Assembly (NCBI GenBank): GCA_964538375.1 | Contig: CAZIFQ010000004.1 | Location: 41,529 to 105,528 of the forward strand | DNA: 64,000 nucleotides | Source of the DNA: an uncultured Bacteroidaceae bacterium | Lineage (GTDB): Bacteria > Bacteroidota > Bacteroidia > Bacteroidales > GCA-2748055 | Reading direction: 5' to 3' | Shown here: positions 1 to 10,469 of the stretch, one piece after another | Layout: each line of letters begins with the position of its first letter | Numbering within the stretch: position 1 is the first letter of the stretch | Notes under the pieces: model-generated | The model's input: only the letters and a program-made list of their open reading frames with translations | What the model was told of the DNA's origin: nothing | The model's database searches: none | Translations under genes and position numbers: made by a program

Positions 1-23
1 ATGTGTATGATGCTTCTTGTTAT

Positions 24-1361
24 TTATACTGCTTTCCTTGATCTGATTATCTTCCCAACTTCTGCCTTCCCCAGTCGAATGTAATCTAATAAAGGCCTTG
101 AAGAAGGACATGTGTATGCGCAGCTTCCGCATTCGATGCAGTCCATTACCTTATTATCTTCCAGGTCTTCAAACATGCCTTTTTCTGCCTGTGTCATCAG
201 GAGGTAGGGTTCCAATCCCATGGGACAAACCGTTACACATTTACTGCACCTGATGCAGGATTGCATTTCCTTGCGATGTGCTTCATCTTCTTTAATAAGC
301 AAAATTCCGGAGCTGCCTTTTACAATGGGAACGTCGAGGTTCGACAGTGCTTTCCCCATCATTGGTCCGCCATTGATTACTTTGGCAGTATCTTCAGGTA
401 GCCCTCCTGCTTTCTCCACGAGAAATGATACGGGTGTGCCAACTCTTGTAAGAAAATTGGAAGGATTTTTCACGGATTTCCCCGTGATGGTAACGACCCT
501 CTCAATGAGTGGCCTGTTTTTCTGTACTGCAAGGTAGGCCGCATAAATTGTTCCTACATTAAATGCAACCACTCCCACATCAATGGGCAGTCCACCCGAT
601 GGTACTTCGCGTTTTAGCAAGGCCTGCACAAGCTGTTTCTCACCTCCCTGGGGATATTGAACTTTAAGCGGCTGTACTTTTATATTGTTATATTCAGCCG
701 AGGCCTTCGTTATCACCTCAATGGCATCGGGTTTGTTGTTTTCGATTCCGATGATCGCTTTTTCAACACCCAGGCCCTTCATCATGATCCTTATTCCGAC
801 AACAATCTCTGCGCTTTTCTCCAACATCAATGAATGGTCTGCCGTAAGGTAGGGTTCACATTCTACTCCATTTATTATAAGGTATTCAGCAGTCTTCCCT
901 TTAGGAGTCATTAGTTTCACATGTGACGGGAAGGTAGCGCCTCCAAGACCTACAATACCAGCTTGAAGAACTTTGTTCCTGATTTCCTCTGTCGACAGGT
1001 TAAAATCCTTAACGAGGTCTTCAGAGAGGTCAATCCCATCTACCCACTCGTCTTCTGCAACCTGTATCTGAACTGCCTGTCTCCTGTATCCGGATGAATC
1101 AGGGAAAAGATCAACTTTCAGTACTTTACCTGTCACTGAGGAATGGATGTTCGTAGATACGAATCCATTCGGCTCTGCAATCACCTGTCCGGTTTTAACA
1201 GTGTCTCCTCTATTTACCAGCACTTTTGAGGGGGCTCCCAAATGTTGTGAAACAGGAATAATTACTATTTCCGGTTGTCCCGGAGATTCAATAAGCTTTC
1301 CTGCTGAAATCTTGTTTTCCGGAGGGTGTATTCCACCACGGGAGAATGTCAGTAATCCCAT
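24..1361 (-). CDS. rnfC: Rnf electron-transport complex subunit C
   Basis: 445-aa ORF. Twin C-terminal ferredoxin motifs CIRCSKCVTVCP and CIECGSCAYTCP follow an RnfC-type nucleotide-binding core. 2-nt gap to rnfB. Confidence 0.9.
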   Translation of the reverse strand: MGLLTFSRGGIHPPENKISAGKLIESPGQPEIVIIPVSQHLGAPSKVLVNRGDTVKTGQVIAEPNGFVSTNIHSSVTGKVLKVDLFPDSSGYRRQAVQIQVAEDEWVDGIDLSEDLVKDFNLSTEEIRNKVLQAGIVGLGGATFPSHVKLMTPKGKTAEYLIINGVECEPYLTADHSLMLEKSAEIVVGIRIMMKGLGVEKAIIGIENNKPDAIEVITKASAEYNNIKVQPLKVQYPQGGEKQLVQALLKREVPSGGLPIDVGVVAFNVGTIYAAYLAVQKNRPLIERVVTITGKSVKNPSNFLTRVGTPVSFLVEKAGGLPEDTAKVINGGPMMGKALSNLDVPIVKGSSGILLIKEDEAHRKEMQSCIRCSKCVTVCPMGLEPYLLMTQAEKGMFEDLEDNKVMDCIECGSCAYTCPSSRPLLDYIRLGKAEVGKIIRSRKAV

Positions 1362-1363
1362 TT

Positions 1364-2263
1364 TTAATCCTTTAGTTTAGTTTCGTTATCTGCAGCTTTA
1401 GTTGTCTCTGTATCTGTGTTCGCCTCAGGTTCTTTCACTTTTGGAGGAGGAAATCCTATCTCATGAATTGCATGTGTAGGACAAACAACAACGCATTTCC
1501 TGCATAATCTACATTTCACCGGGTCGATGTATGCCAGGTTGTTCTCCATAGTAATGGCATCGAAAGGACATACTTTAACACAAGCACCGCATCCGATGCA
1601 GGCAACTTTACAGTTTTTCCTTGCGATGGCTCCTTTCTCTTCATTTATGCAGCTGACAAATATTTTTCGATCTTTTTTGTTCTTCTTTCTAAGTTCGATA
1701 ATATCTCTCGGACAAGCTTTCACACATGCCCCGCAGGCAGTACATTTATCATCTATTACCTCTGGCAATCCGGTTTCGGGATTCATATGAATCGCGTCAA
1801 AATCACAGACATCAACACAGTCTCCACAACCAAGGCAACCGTGCGGGCATCCTCCTTCACCACTGTAAAGACTATGTGCTACAGCACAGGAAGGTGCACC
1901 CTCATAGCTATTTGTTCTTGGTCTGAACTCCGGAGTACCGTTGCAACGAATAACAGCTACAAGGGGATCCTGTACAATAGCTTCACGGCCGAGAATGCTT
2001 GCCACTTTTGCCATTACTTCGTTTCCACCAACCGGACAATTCAGTCCTTCAAAAGTTTCAGATTTTACTAAGGCCTCTGCAAAGTTTCGACAACCGGCAA
2101 ATCCACATCCACCGCAGTTGGCAGCTGGAAGGGCTTCTTCCACCTGGTCAATGAGCGGATCTTCAAATACCTTGAATTTTTGTGCTACAAAGTAGAGTAT
2201 GATGGCCGAAATTGCTCCGATAGCCACCAAAGTGATGATAGTGTATAAAATTATCTGACTCAT
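1364..2263 (-). CDS. rnfB: Rnf complex subunit B (polyferredoxin type)
   Basis: 299-aa ORF. N-terminal TM helix, CGGCGFAGC cluster motif, then four CxxCxxCxxxC(P) motifs and a K/E/T-rich tail. 4-nt overlap with the upstream ORF. Confidence 0.88.
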   Translation of the reverse strand: MSQIILYTIITLVAIGAISAIILYFVAQKFKVFEDPLIDQVEEALPAANCGGCGFAGCRNFAEALVKSETFEGLNCPVGGNEVMAKVASILGREAIVQDPLVAVIRCNGTPEFRPRTNSYEGAPSCAVAHSLYSGEGGCPHGCLGCGDCVDVCDFDAIHMNPETGLPEVIDDKCTACGACVKACPRDIIELRKKNKKDRKIFVSCINEEKGAIARKNCKVACIGCGACVKVCPFDAITMENNLAYIDPVKCRLCRKCVVVCPTHAIHEIGFPPPKVKEPEANTDTETTKAADNETKLKD

Positions 2264-2691
2264 AGGTCGAGGTTTGTTTTTTCTAACTTAAAGGTAAATA
2301 CGTTTCCAATTTTATTTCTCAGCAGGTAGATCACCAGGTAATAAGGAAATAGTGAGACCAGGGCAAACAGTCCTGCCTGGAGTTCACTGTATCCTGTTGT
2401 AGTGAAAACAATGAGTACAAGCATGAGCAACAGAAATGGATAAACATATCCAAATGCCACTGCCCTCAAGCCCGTCTTTTTGGAGATCTTTACCCTCACT
2501 GTTTCTCCCGGAGTTACTTCGATTCCGTTCAAGGGAACCATCAGTATCTTTTCTTTTTTATCTGCTGCAGAGCAAGCTCCTTTCGCATGACAAGCCGCAC
2601 AGGCAGACTGACTATCAATAACAACTTTTGCTATATCATCTGAAATCTGTTCAACGATTCCCTCATGATCTATTACATTCTTCCCCGCCAT
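2260..2691 (-). CDS. RseC/MucC-family (SoxR-reducing system) membrane protein
   Basis: 143-aa ORF. Cys-rich N-terminus (CAACHAKGACS) plus two C-terminal TM helices. Sits immediately upstream of rnfB, as is common for this family. Confidence 0.7.
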   Translation of the reverse strand: MAGKNVIDHEGIVEQISDDIAKVVIDSQSACAACHAKGACSAADKKEKILMVPLNGIEVTPGETVRVKISKKTGLRAVAFGYVYPFLLLMLVLIVFTTTGYSELQAGLFALVSLFPYYLVIYLLRNKIGNVFTFKLEKTNLDL

Positions 2692-2876
2692 AATGATTTG
2701 TGAAAACAGTTACAAAATTATTCATGTTAGATTTCTAAATGGAGTTACAGATCATATTCTTGCGAACAGATTGCTATTTATAAGCTGTTTAAATAAGGAA
2801 AGCTGATTAATCACCTTATATACAGTAATATAATATCAATTGGGATTTTTTGTTCAGAGGAGGAATTTATCGATGC

Positions 2877-4979
2877 TCAACTGATATTTTCCCAATTGAT
2901 CTTTTGAGGTGATCCTTTTTTGATATGTTTTGCGAAAATGAAGTTATTTTCAGCTGCCAGGTGAGGATCAGTTTCCAGTATTTTTTCTGCAACATCCCTG
3001 GCAAGTTGAAGAATTTGCTGATCTTTTGCGAGATTAGCAATTTTTAGATTAAAAGGTACGCCACTTTGTTGTGTGCCTTCAATATTACCCGGGCCACGTA
3101 ATTTCATATCTACTTCAGCAATCTCAAAACCATCAGTGGTTCTTACCATGGTATCAATTCTCTTTCTTCCATCGTCAGATAATTTGTAGCCGGACATCAG
3201 GATGCAATATGACTGGTCGGCACCACGGCCCACTCTTCCGCGGAGCTGGTGGAGCTGAGACAGTCCGAATCGTTCAGCACTTTCAATCACCATGATAGTT
3301 GCATTTGCAACATCAACGCCGACCTCAATTACAGTAGTTGCCACCATGATATGGGTTCTTCCTTCAACAAAATGTTTCATGGAGATTTCTTTCTCTTCCG
3401 ATTTCATTTTACCATGGACTACACTTACCTGGTAATCGGGGATGGGGAAAGCACGTGAGATACTTTCATATCCATCTTCCAGGTCCTTGTAATCCATTTT
3501 TTCAGATTCCTGTATGAGTGGATATACGATATAGACCTGTCTGCCTTTCTGGATCTCCTGTTTCAGGAAACCGAACATTTGTAAACGTTTGTTATCGAAT
3601 AGGTGCATTGTTTTAATTGGTTTCCGTCCGGGCGGCAGTTCATCAATTACCGAGATATCCAGGTCGCCATAAAGTGTCATGGCCAGGGTCCTGGGGATGG
3701 GTGTGGCTGTCATAACCAGGACATGGGGCAATACCTTACTTTTTTGCCATAGCTTGGCACGTTGCGCAACGCCAAAGCGGTGTTGTTCGTCGATAATGAC
3801 CAGTCCGAGATTTTTGAATTGAACCACATCTTCCAGCAGGGCATGTGTGCCTACCAGTAGCTGAAGCGAACCATTTTCCAATGACTCATGAATTCTTATC
3901 CTGTCGGCTTTCTTTGTTGAACCCGTTAGCAATTCGATATTGATGTCAAGTCCTTCTATGAATTTCGATAGACTGCGATAATGTTGTGTAGCCAGAATTT
4001 CTGTTGGAGCCATCAAGCATGCCTGGAAATTGTTATCCAGTGCAATGAGCATCGACATCAGTGCTACCAGGGTTTTTCCACTGCCCACATCTCCCTGGAG
4101 GAGCCGGTTCATTTGCTTTCCTGATCCCAAATCAAACCGAATCTCTTTAAGGACTCTTTTCTGCGCTTCGGTAAGTTCAAAAGGAAGGTTATCCTGGTAA
4201 AAATTATTCAGGTGTTCTCCAACCCTTGCAAATGTGTTTCCCTTGATTTCATTTTTCCTGAGAGATCTTTTTTGAAGAATATTGAGCTGGATATAGAACA
4301 GTTCTTCAAATTTTAAGCGCAGTTCAGCTTTTTTGTAATCGTTGACATTATTCGGAAAATGTATCTGTTTGAGTGCTGTATCAAGATTAACCAGGAAAAG
4401 TTGTTTGAGCAGCCATGCAGGCAGTGTCTCACTAAAACCAGTTGGTAGCAACTGGATTAGTGTAGACTGAAGCTTACTAATTGCTTTTGAAGTTAAGTAG
4501 CTGTCCTTCATTTTCTCCGTAGTAGAGTATACGGCCTGTAAGCTTGATTTTACAGTTTTTGTTTTAGAAGGATCCTCCATCTCAGGATGAACAATATTAA
4601 ATTTCCTGTTGTAGACTGAGGGCTTTCCAAATATCACAACTTCTTTGCCGGGTGGGAAATTTTCAGGAATCCACTTTGCTCCCTTGAACCAAAGCAGTTC
4701 AATATTTCCTGTTTCATCTCCAAATCTTGCCACCAGTCTTTTCTTTCTCCCGCCACCAAGCGAGGTATATCCCTGGATGGTTCCTTTAATCTGAATATAG
4801 GGTAGGTCGGGATTGATCTCGCTAACTTTATAGTATTTACTTTTATCGATGTATCGGTATGGGAAGTAGTACATCAGGTCCTCAAAAGTTTGTATATTTA
4901 TTTCCTTTCTGAGCAAGTCTGCTTTTGCCGGTCCAACGCCGGGAAGAAACTTAATATCTTGTTGAAGGAATTGTTGCAT
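2877..4979 (-). CDS. recG: ATP-dependent DNA helicase RecG
   Basis: 700-aa ORF. Walker A GDVGSGKT, IIDEQHRFG box, helicase-C motif QLRGRVGRG, N-terminal wedge/OB region. Confidence 0.93.
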   Translation of the reverse strand: MQQFLQQDIKFLPGVGPAKADLLRKEINIQTFEDLMYYFPYRYIDKSKYYKVSEINPDLPYIQIKGTIQGYTSLGGGRKKRLVARFGDETGNIELLWFKGAKWIPENFPPGKEVVIFGKPSVYNRKFNIVHPEMEDPSKTKTVKSSLQAVYSTTEKMKDSYLTSKAISKLQSTLIQLLPTGFSETLPAWLLKQLFLVNLDTALKQIHFPNNVNDYKKAELRLKFEELFYIQLNILQKRSLRKNEIKGNTFARVGEHLNNFYQDNLPFELTEAQKRVLKEIRFDLGSGKQMNRLLQGDVGSGKTLVALMSMLIALDNNFQACLMAPTEILATQHYRSLSKFIEGLDINIELLTGSTKKADRIRIHESLENGSLQLLVGTHALLEDVVQFKNLGLVIIDEQHRFGVAQRAKLWQKSKVLPHVLVMTATPIPRTLAMTLYGDLDISVIDELPPGRKPIKTMHLFDNKRLQMFGFLKQEIQKGRQVYIVYPLIQESEKMDYKDLEDGYESISRAFPIPDYQVSVVHGKMKSEEKEISMKHFVEGRTHIMVATTVIEVGVDVANATIMVIESAERFGLSQLHQLRGRVGRGADQSYCILMSGYKLSDDGRKRIDTMVRTTDGFEIAEVDMKLRGPGNIEGTQQSGVPFNLKIANLAKDQQILQLARDVAEKILETDPHLAAENNFIFAKHIKKGSPQKINWENIS

Positions 4980-5023
4980 ACTATTTTAAATATAGACGAT
5001 CACTAAACTGTAAAGTTATAATT

Positions 5024-5833
5024 TTGAATAAAACGGGCTCAGGTATATTAACAGTTTTCTATAAATATATTCGCTACAAGCTTCGGGCTGGTCATAAGAA
5101 GGGCAGGGGAGTTCATTCTTCCTTCGTTTTTGAACTGGTAAGTAAGGTTATTTATAACTATGAAAAAAAGATTATTCCGGGAAGTATAACTGGCTTCTAC
5201 AAAAGCATGCTGAAATGCAATGAGGAATTACAAATTATTGATTATGGGCCGGGGAGCCGGGTCACATCCAGTACTGTTCGAAAAGTCTCTTCTATAGCAA
5301 AGCATTCTTCAATATCTCATAAGTATGGAGAGATATTGTACAGATTATCAGAATGGTATCGTCCAGGGGCTGTTCTTGAATTAGGCACAGGTATTGGTTT
5401 AAGTACTATCTATCTGAGTGCTGGCTCGCCTGGTGTGCGTATTATTACTGTAGAGGGGAGTCCTGAAAAAATTCAATTTGCGAGGGAACAGTTAACTCAA
5501 CTTGGAGTAAACAATGTCGAATTTGTGAATGAAATTTTTGATGATTGCTTGCATGATTTATTGAAGAAGATGAAGAATCATTGCCTGATCTTTGTCGACG
5601 GAGATCACAGGTATGAGCCAACGGTGAAAACGGTGGAGCAAATTATTGAAAGTGAACACCTGGAAGAGGTAATTGTTGTTCTAGATGATATTCACTGGTC
5701 GGATGGAATGGAAAAGGCATGGAAAAAGTTAAGTGAAGACGAAAGAATTAGTATATCTCTTAATCTTTTTTTCATGGGTATTCTTATCATTCGGCCAGGT
5801 ATAAAAAAACAACATTTTAATATATCTTTATAA
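5024..5833 (+). CDS. class I SAM-dependent (O-methyltransferase-like) methyltransferase
   Basis: 269-aa ORF with a TTG start (start uncertain). Glycine-rich SAM motif LELGTGIGLST and a downstream VDGDH motif. Confidence 0.7.
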   Translation: MNKTGSGILTVFYKYIRYKLRAGHKKGRGVHSSFVFELVSKVIYNYEKKIIPGSITGFYKSMLKCNEELQIIDYGPGSRVTSSTVRKVSSIAKHSSISHKYGEILYRLSEWYRPGAVLELGTGIGLSTIYLSAGSPGVRIITVEGSPEKIQFAREQLTQLGVNNVEFVNEIFDDCLHDLLKKMKNHCLIFVDGDHRYEPTVKTVEQIIESEHLEEVIVVLDDIHWSDGMEKAWKKLSEDERISISLNLFFMGILIIRPGIKKQHFNISL

Positions 5834-5892
5834 CAATTTTGTAGGTATTTCATCCGTATTATAGCTACATTCGTAATCAATTTTAGCAAAAA

Positions 5893-6594
5893 ATGGAAAA
5901 TGTTATTGATCTGAAGCAAGTAGATAAGAATTACTATATTGGAACCATAGTTGTAGAAGCACTGCGATCTGTTAATATCTCAATGAAACCAAATGAATAT
6001 GTTGCCATTATGGGGCCATCAGGTTCCGGAAAATCAACCCTGATGAATCTCATTGGTTGTTTGGATACAGCAACAGGAGGAGAGTATATTTTGAATGGAA
6101 CTGATGTAAGCAAAATGGAAGATAATCAGCTTGCAGAGATTCGTAACCGGGAGATAGGATTTGTTTTCCAGACTTTTAATTTACTTCCAAGGTACACTGC
6201 GTTAGAAAATGTGACTTTGCCGATGGTTTATGCAGGAGCAAGCAAGCAGGTGAGAATGGAGAGGGCTAAGGAGGTCATTGAAAGTGTAGGGCTTACTGAC
6301 AGGATGGATCACAAACCAAATGAATTGTCGGGTGGACAGCGTCAGAGAGTTGCAGTTGCAAGAGCATTGGTAAATAATCCATCGATAATACTGGCTGATG
6401 AGCCAACGGGTAACCTGGATTCAAAAACTTCCATTGATATCATGAATTTGTTTGACGTTATTCACTCACAGGGAAATACAGTGATACTGGTTACGCATGA
6501 AGAATCGATTGCAAAGCGCGCACACAGGATTATTAGGTTAATGGATGGCGAGGTTGAGGAGGATGAGATCAATAAGGATATCACCATTAGATAG
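5893..6594 (+). CDS. ABC transporter ATP-binding protein (MacB/LolD-like)
   Basis: Walker [10 protein letters not shown], signature LSGGQRQR, Walker [18 protein letters not shown] motif. Confidence 0.92.
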   Translation: MENVIDLKQVDKNYYIGTIVVEALRSVNISMKPNEYVAIMGPSGSGKSTLMNLIGCLDTATGGEYILNGTDVSKMEDNQLAEIRNREIGFVFQTFNLLPRYTALENVTLPMVYAGASKQVRMERAKEVIESVGLTDRMDHKPNELSGGQRQRVAVARALVNNPSIILADEPTGNLDSKTSIDIMNLFDVIHSQGNTVILVTHEESIAKRAHRIIRLMDGEVEEDEINKDITIR

Positions 6595-6673
6595 CCCCAT
6601 TTACGGCAAATAGTTTTCAATCTTCAGTTGAAGAATCAGCTGGGAATAATTGTTGGTAAAGGTCACTTAAAGA

Positions 6674-6681
6674 TAAATTTG
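6674..6681 (+). promoter_or_regulatory. candidate -7 promoter box TAaaTTTG
   Basis: Perfect match to the Bacteroidota TAnnTTTG consensus, ending 8 nt before ATG 6689. Weak -33-like TTG at 6653-6655. Confidence 0.35.
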
Positions 6682-6688
6682 GTGTAAG

Positions 6689-7246
6689 ATGAGTGCTAAA
6701 AAATCAAATGTTTATACCAGGGGTGGAGACAAAGGACAGACTTCCTTATTAGGCGGTAAACGTGTTCCAAAATACCATTTACGGATTGAGGCATACGGCT
6801 CTGTGGATGAGTTAATGGCACATACCGCTTTGCTCAGGGATTATGTGGATGATGAAGGTATTAAAGAAGAATTATTAAAGGTGCTTGGAATGCTGATGAC
6901 CTCAGCAACAGTTCTGGCATCAGAAGGAGATAATCTTCCAGAGAATTTACCATCGATAAAAGAAGATGATATAAGTTTCCTTGAGGATTCAATTGATCGA
7001 ATGGATGCCGAGCTTGGACCCTTGCAGTCATTTATTCTTCCGGGAGGTGCTATTGAAGTGTCACAGGCCCATGTTTCACGTACAATTTGCCGAAGAACTG
7101 AAAGAATCATCCTTCAATTGGCAGAAAAGGAGCAGGTAGAAGAAATCGTTTTACGATTTATTAACAGATTATCTGATTATTACTTCCTGTTATCCAGGAT
7201 GTTAGCATCAAATAGAGACATTAATCAGATGGTTTGGAAACCATGA
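6689..7246 (+). CDS. ATP:cob(I)alamin adenosyltransferase, PduO type
   Basis: 185-aa ORF. N-terminal VYTRGGDKGQTSLLGG...RIEAYGSVDEL is typical of PduO-type adenosyltransferases. Confidence 0.85.
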   Translation: MSAKKSNVYTRGGDKGQTSLLGGKRVPKYHLRIEAYGSVDELMAHTALLRDYVDDEGIKEELLKVLGMLMTSATVLASEGDNLPENLPSIKEDDISFLEDSIDRMDAELGPLQSFILPGGAIEVSQAHVSRTICRRTERIILQLAEKEQVEEIVLRFINRLSDYYFLLSRMLASNRDINQMVWKP

Positions 7247-7268
7247 TTGTATTATTGAAAAAAAATTT

Positions 7269-7276
7269 TATATTTG
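7269..7276 (+). promoter_or_regulatory. candidate -7 promoter box TAtaTTTG
   Basis: Perfect TAnnTTTG about 52 nt upstream of ATG 7328. ATTG at 7246-7249 gives a 19-nt spacer. Confidence 0.4.
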
Positions 7277-7327
7277 CGCCCTATTGAAAACGGCAATTGA
7301 CCGTAAATTAAAAAATTTGTTTATTGT

Positions 7328-7549
7328 ATGTATTGGACATTAGAATTAGCTTCAAAACTTGAGGATGCACCCTGGCCGGCGACTAAAGATGAACTTATTG
7401 ATTTTGGTATAAGATCAGGAGCGCCACTTGAGGTTATTGAAAATTTACAGGAAATTGAAGATGAAGGTGATGTCTATGAAAGCATCGAAGATATCTGGCC
7501 GGACTATCCGAGCAAAGATGACTTCTTCTTCAATGAAGATGAATATTAA
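7328..7549 (+). CDS. DUF2795 domain protein
   Basis: 73-aa acidic ORF. WPATKDELIDFGIRSGAPLEVIENL resembles the DUF2795 core. Confidence 0.7.
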   Translation: MYWTLELASKLEDAPWPATKDELIDFGIRSGAPLEVIENLQEIEDEGDVYESIEDIWPDYPSKDDFFFNEDEY

Positions 7550-7579
7550 AGAATTAGGAACTGATTTTAGTTCCTTTTT

Positions 7580-9115
7580 TTATTTCCAAATAAAAATATC
7601 AGAAAACATTTTAGGTCTCCAGTCGTCATGCCAGGCAAACCCGTCAAGAAAAGCTTGACCGGAGGGGAGAAGTGATAAGGGATAATATATACCGGAGGGC
7701 TGGACCAGGTAATTAACTTTGTGGACATGATTATCCACCAGGTAAATGATCAAATCAGTACACTCCGCTTTATTGACACCTATGATAATATCATTGTCTT
7801 CGGCATAGTATAATGTCTGACCGTTTCCTGTTACATCCAGTCGTACCAGGTCATTGTCTTTAAAATAACCCGTCATACTTTTTCCCCTGATCTGGTTGTA
7901 CTTTGCAGTATCTTCCTGGGAGACCAGCAGTGCCGTGTTTTTCATATATAGACGGTGCATCTGATTGTTTTTTGTCTGCAGCTCAATTTTACTTGCTGTA
8001 AGTTGGTTTTCTTCTGCCCAAAGCACCGGCTCTCCAAATAAGTGGAAGATGCTGTCTGCTTCACTATAGACCAGGGAATCACACATTCCCTGAAGATCGT
8101 GCCTGAAGATTTTTACATGCTTGTAGGCAAGGAGAACTTTCGTGTCTGTTTCACTGGCAGTATCCCTTAAAGATTGTAGAGTGTCAGCATGAATAAACAG
8201 CGAGTCAAGACCATCGATTTGCACCATCATTGCGCTGTCTGTAAGCGTAGCCAGACCAAGATCTTCATAATATATGCCCCAATTTCCTTTTAAGATGATA
8301 TTTTGTGTAGTGTCGATCATTTCCACGTTGTGCCTTGCACGGCCGAATCCATTATTTCGTTCATAATAGAGTGTATCGCCTTTCAGGATTCTTCCATCGC
8401 TTTCCAGGAGTGCATTTTTGCTTACCAGGGAGATGTCCTGCCTGGTATCGTACCATCCACCCTCACAATAAATATAATTATCTTCACCTATGATCTCTGT
8501 TGGACCAAAGAAATATGATACTTCTGTCTGTGTATTATATTTGAGTGTGTCTGAATAGATCAGGTAGTCGGGGTTATCTATTACTACACTGTCTTTAAAA
8601 TAGAAAACCTCTGTTTGAGTATGGTAATGCCCCTGCTGACTTGTGAGGGTATTTTCATCTTGTGTAATTATGCCACCGTTCAGGTAATAGGCAATATCCG
8701 TCTCCCTGTTATAGTCAAGGTATTCTGTAAGAAGCACGGTTTCGTTATCGATCAGTTTTACATTCCTCCTTACCTTGGCAATGCGCGTCTCACCTTCATA
8801 GTGCAAATTGTCTCCATATAGAAACAAGGTATCTCCTTGCTCCATCTTTACATTACTGAAAGCATCTAATGAATGTGTTTCTGAATAGAAGTATGCCGAG
8901 TCACAAGTCATCAGGCCATCTTCGTGTCTGAGTTTTACATTTCCCAGGAGCCGTTGGGCACCTGAGCCAAGTTTATCGTCATACTCGATTAAATCGGCTT
9001 GCAGGATCTCTATCTGGCGAACTTTCTGAGCATGTAGCGATGAGATAGGGGAGATCAGAAAAAGCAGTACCAGGTAAAAGAATGAAGAATAGCCAAAATG
9101 TGATATTTTTCTCAT
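7580..9115 (-). CDS. OstA-like (LptD N-terminal-like) periplasmic protein
   Basis: 511-aa ORF with a signal peptide and repeated OstA-type beta-jellyroll-like segments. Last gene of the guaB-chaperone operon. Confidence 0.65.
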   Translation of the reverse strand: MRKISHFGYSSFFYLVLLFLISPISSLHAQKVRQIEILQADLIEYDDKLGSGAQRLLGNVKLRHEDGLMTCDSAYFYSETHSLDAFSNVKMEQGDTLFLYGDNLHYEGETRIAKVRRNVKLIDNETVLLTEYLDYNRETDIAYYLNGGIITQDENTLTSQQGHYHTQTEVFYFKDSVVIDNPDYLIYSDTLKYNTQTEVSYFFGPTEIIGEDNYIYCEGGWYDTRQDISLVSKNALLESDGRILKGDTLYYERNNGFGRARHNVEMIDTTQNIILKGNWGIYYEDLGLATLTDSAMMVQIDGLDSLFIHADTLQSLRDTASETDTKVLLAYKHVKIFRHDLQGMCDSLVYSEADSIFHLFGEPVLWAEENQLTASKIELQTKNNQMHRLYMKNTALLVSQEDTAKYNQIRGKSMTGYFKDNDLVRLDVTGNGQTLYYAEDNDIIIGVNKAECTDLIIYLVDNHVHKVNYLVQPSGIYYPLSLLPSGQAFLDGFAWHDDWRPKMFSDIFIWK

Positions 9116-9137
9116 TACACAATAAAATACTTACAGA

Positions 9138-10466
9138 TCAATTGCCACACTTTTCAAATGAGTGGTCAATTTTAATATATGTCTTTTCTTTCTTCTCTTT
9201 ATACCATTCATTCATTACATCTTGTCTTTTCTTAGCAAGAGCCATGTTTTGAAGGAGAAGATAGTCCTGTTTCAGATTTGCCCTGTGCGGCTCTGTCATG
9301 GATATAAGCTTGATTAATTTGTAACAGAGTTTTTGATTCTGGTCCTTGGTTTCAAAGGGTTTCGAAATTTCACTAATCTCCATCTCCCTGGTCGTATAAT
9401 AATCCTTTGTTTCCAGTTGATTGAGTTCGAATGTAGCTGCACTTGTCATCGGATTTACAAGCAATCCTCCATTTACGCTGGTATTCTTATCCTGTGAATA
9501 ATACATCGCAGCTTTTTCAAATGCAATTGAATCACTAACAATAAAAGTTCTTATGCTGTCGATTCTTTGAATGGCGTTGGTTTTAGCCAAGGCATCAACC
9601 TTTGGTTTCATTAGTATATGCCTGGTATTGAGCATATCACCTTTTCGTTCGATGGCTTGAATAATGTGAAAACCAAATTCTGATTCAACAATTTTCGAAA
9701 CCTGTCCAACTTTCAAGCCCCAGGCAGCAGTGGCATATGCCGGGTCAAGATTTCCCTTGGCCATAAATCCAATTTCACCCCCCTTTGGAGCAGATGGTCC
9801 GTCTGAATAAAGAATTGCCAGGGTAGCAAAATTTTCGCCACTATTGATTCTTTCTCTCAGGTCAAGCAACTTCTTCCTCACCTCATAAGTCGCATCATCG
9901 CTTGTTTCCGGGTATCGAATGATTTGTGCAATCTTTACTTGTGCATCAATATAAGGAATACTATCAGTGTCGAGTTTCTTATAAAATGATTTCACTTCTG
10001 AAGGTGTAATGGATATTTCGCCTGTGATGCTTTGCTGCACCTCCTGGGTAATCATCATTTCTTTCATAGTCTTGCGAAGGTCATCTTTAATGTCATAAAT
10101 GGATTTATTGAAATACTCTTCCATCTCCTTCTCGCTTCCTATCTGTTGGATAAACGTATTCAACCTTGATTCCATTGACAGCTCTACTTGTCCGGGAGAT
10201 ATTTCAACACTATCAATTTTTGCCTGATTCATAAGTAACTTTTGTTCAACGAAGTAGATGAAGATATCACACTTAACATCCTCAGAAACATATGGTTGAC
10301 TTGCTTTAAGCTGAATAAATTGTTGCTCAATATCTGACTGTAATACTTCAAAATCACCCACAACAGCAACTACACGGTCGAGTATCAAGGCATTGTCTTG
10401 TCCATATAATCCTGAGACCATTAGTATAGCAACTATTGCAATTGAAAATCTTCTCATCTTCTTCAT
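9138..10466 (-). CDS. SurA-like peptidyl-prolyl isomerase / chaperone
   Basis: 442-aa ORF. Signal peptide, SurA_N-like region, one parvulin domain (FGFHIIQ). Confidence 0.8.
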   Translation of the reverse strand: MKKMRRFSIAIVAILMVSGLYGQDNALILDRVVAVVGDFEVLQSDIEQQFIQLKASQPYVSEDVKCDIFIYFVEQKLLMNQAKIDSVEISPGQVELSMESRLNTFIQQIGSEKEMEEYFNKSIYDIKDDLRKTMKEMMITQEVQQSITGEISITPSEVKSFYKKLDTDSIPYIDAQVKIAQIIRYPETSDDATYEVRKKLLDLRERINSGENFATLAILYSDGPSAPKGGEIGFMAKGNLDPAYATAAWGLKVGQVSKIVESEFGFHIIQAIERKGDMLNTRHILMKPKVDALAKTNAIQRIDSIRTFIVSDSIAFEKAAMYYSQDKNTSVNGGLLVNPMTSAATFELNQLETKDYYTTREMEISEISKPFETKDQNQKLCYKLIKLISMTEPHRANLKQDYLLLQNMALAKKRQDVMNEWYKEKKEKTYIKIDHSFEKCGN

Positions 10467-10469
10467 TCT

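Noticed and set aside
5019-5026. Perfect TAatTTTG box upstream of the methyltransferase gene
   Set aside because: The box overlaps the only plausible start codon (TTG 5024), and conserved N-terminal residues follow immediately. It therefore cannot be that gene's -7 element and is probably a chance match in A/T-rich sequence.
6595-6688. Cobalamin riboswitch upstream of the cob(I)alamin adenosyltransferase gene
   Set aside because: The spacer is only 94 nt, shows no B12-box-like sequence, and has a -7 promoter box 8 nt from the ATG. There is no room for an aptamer.
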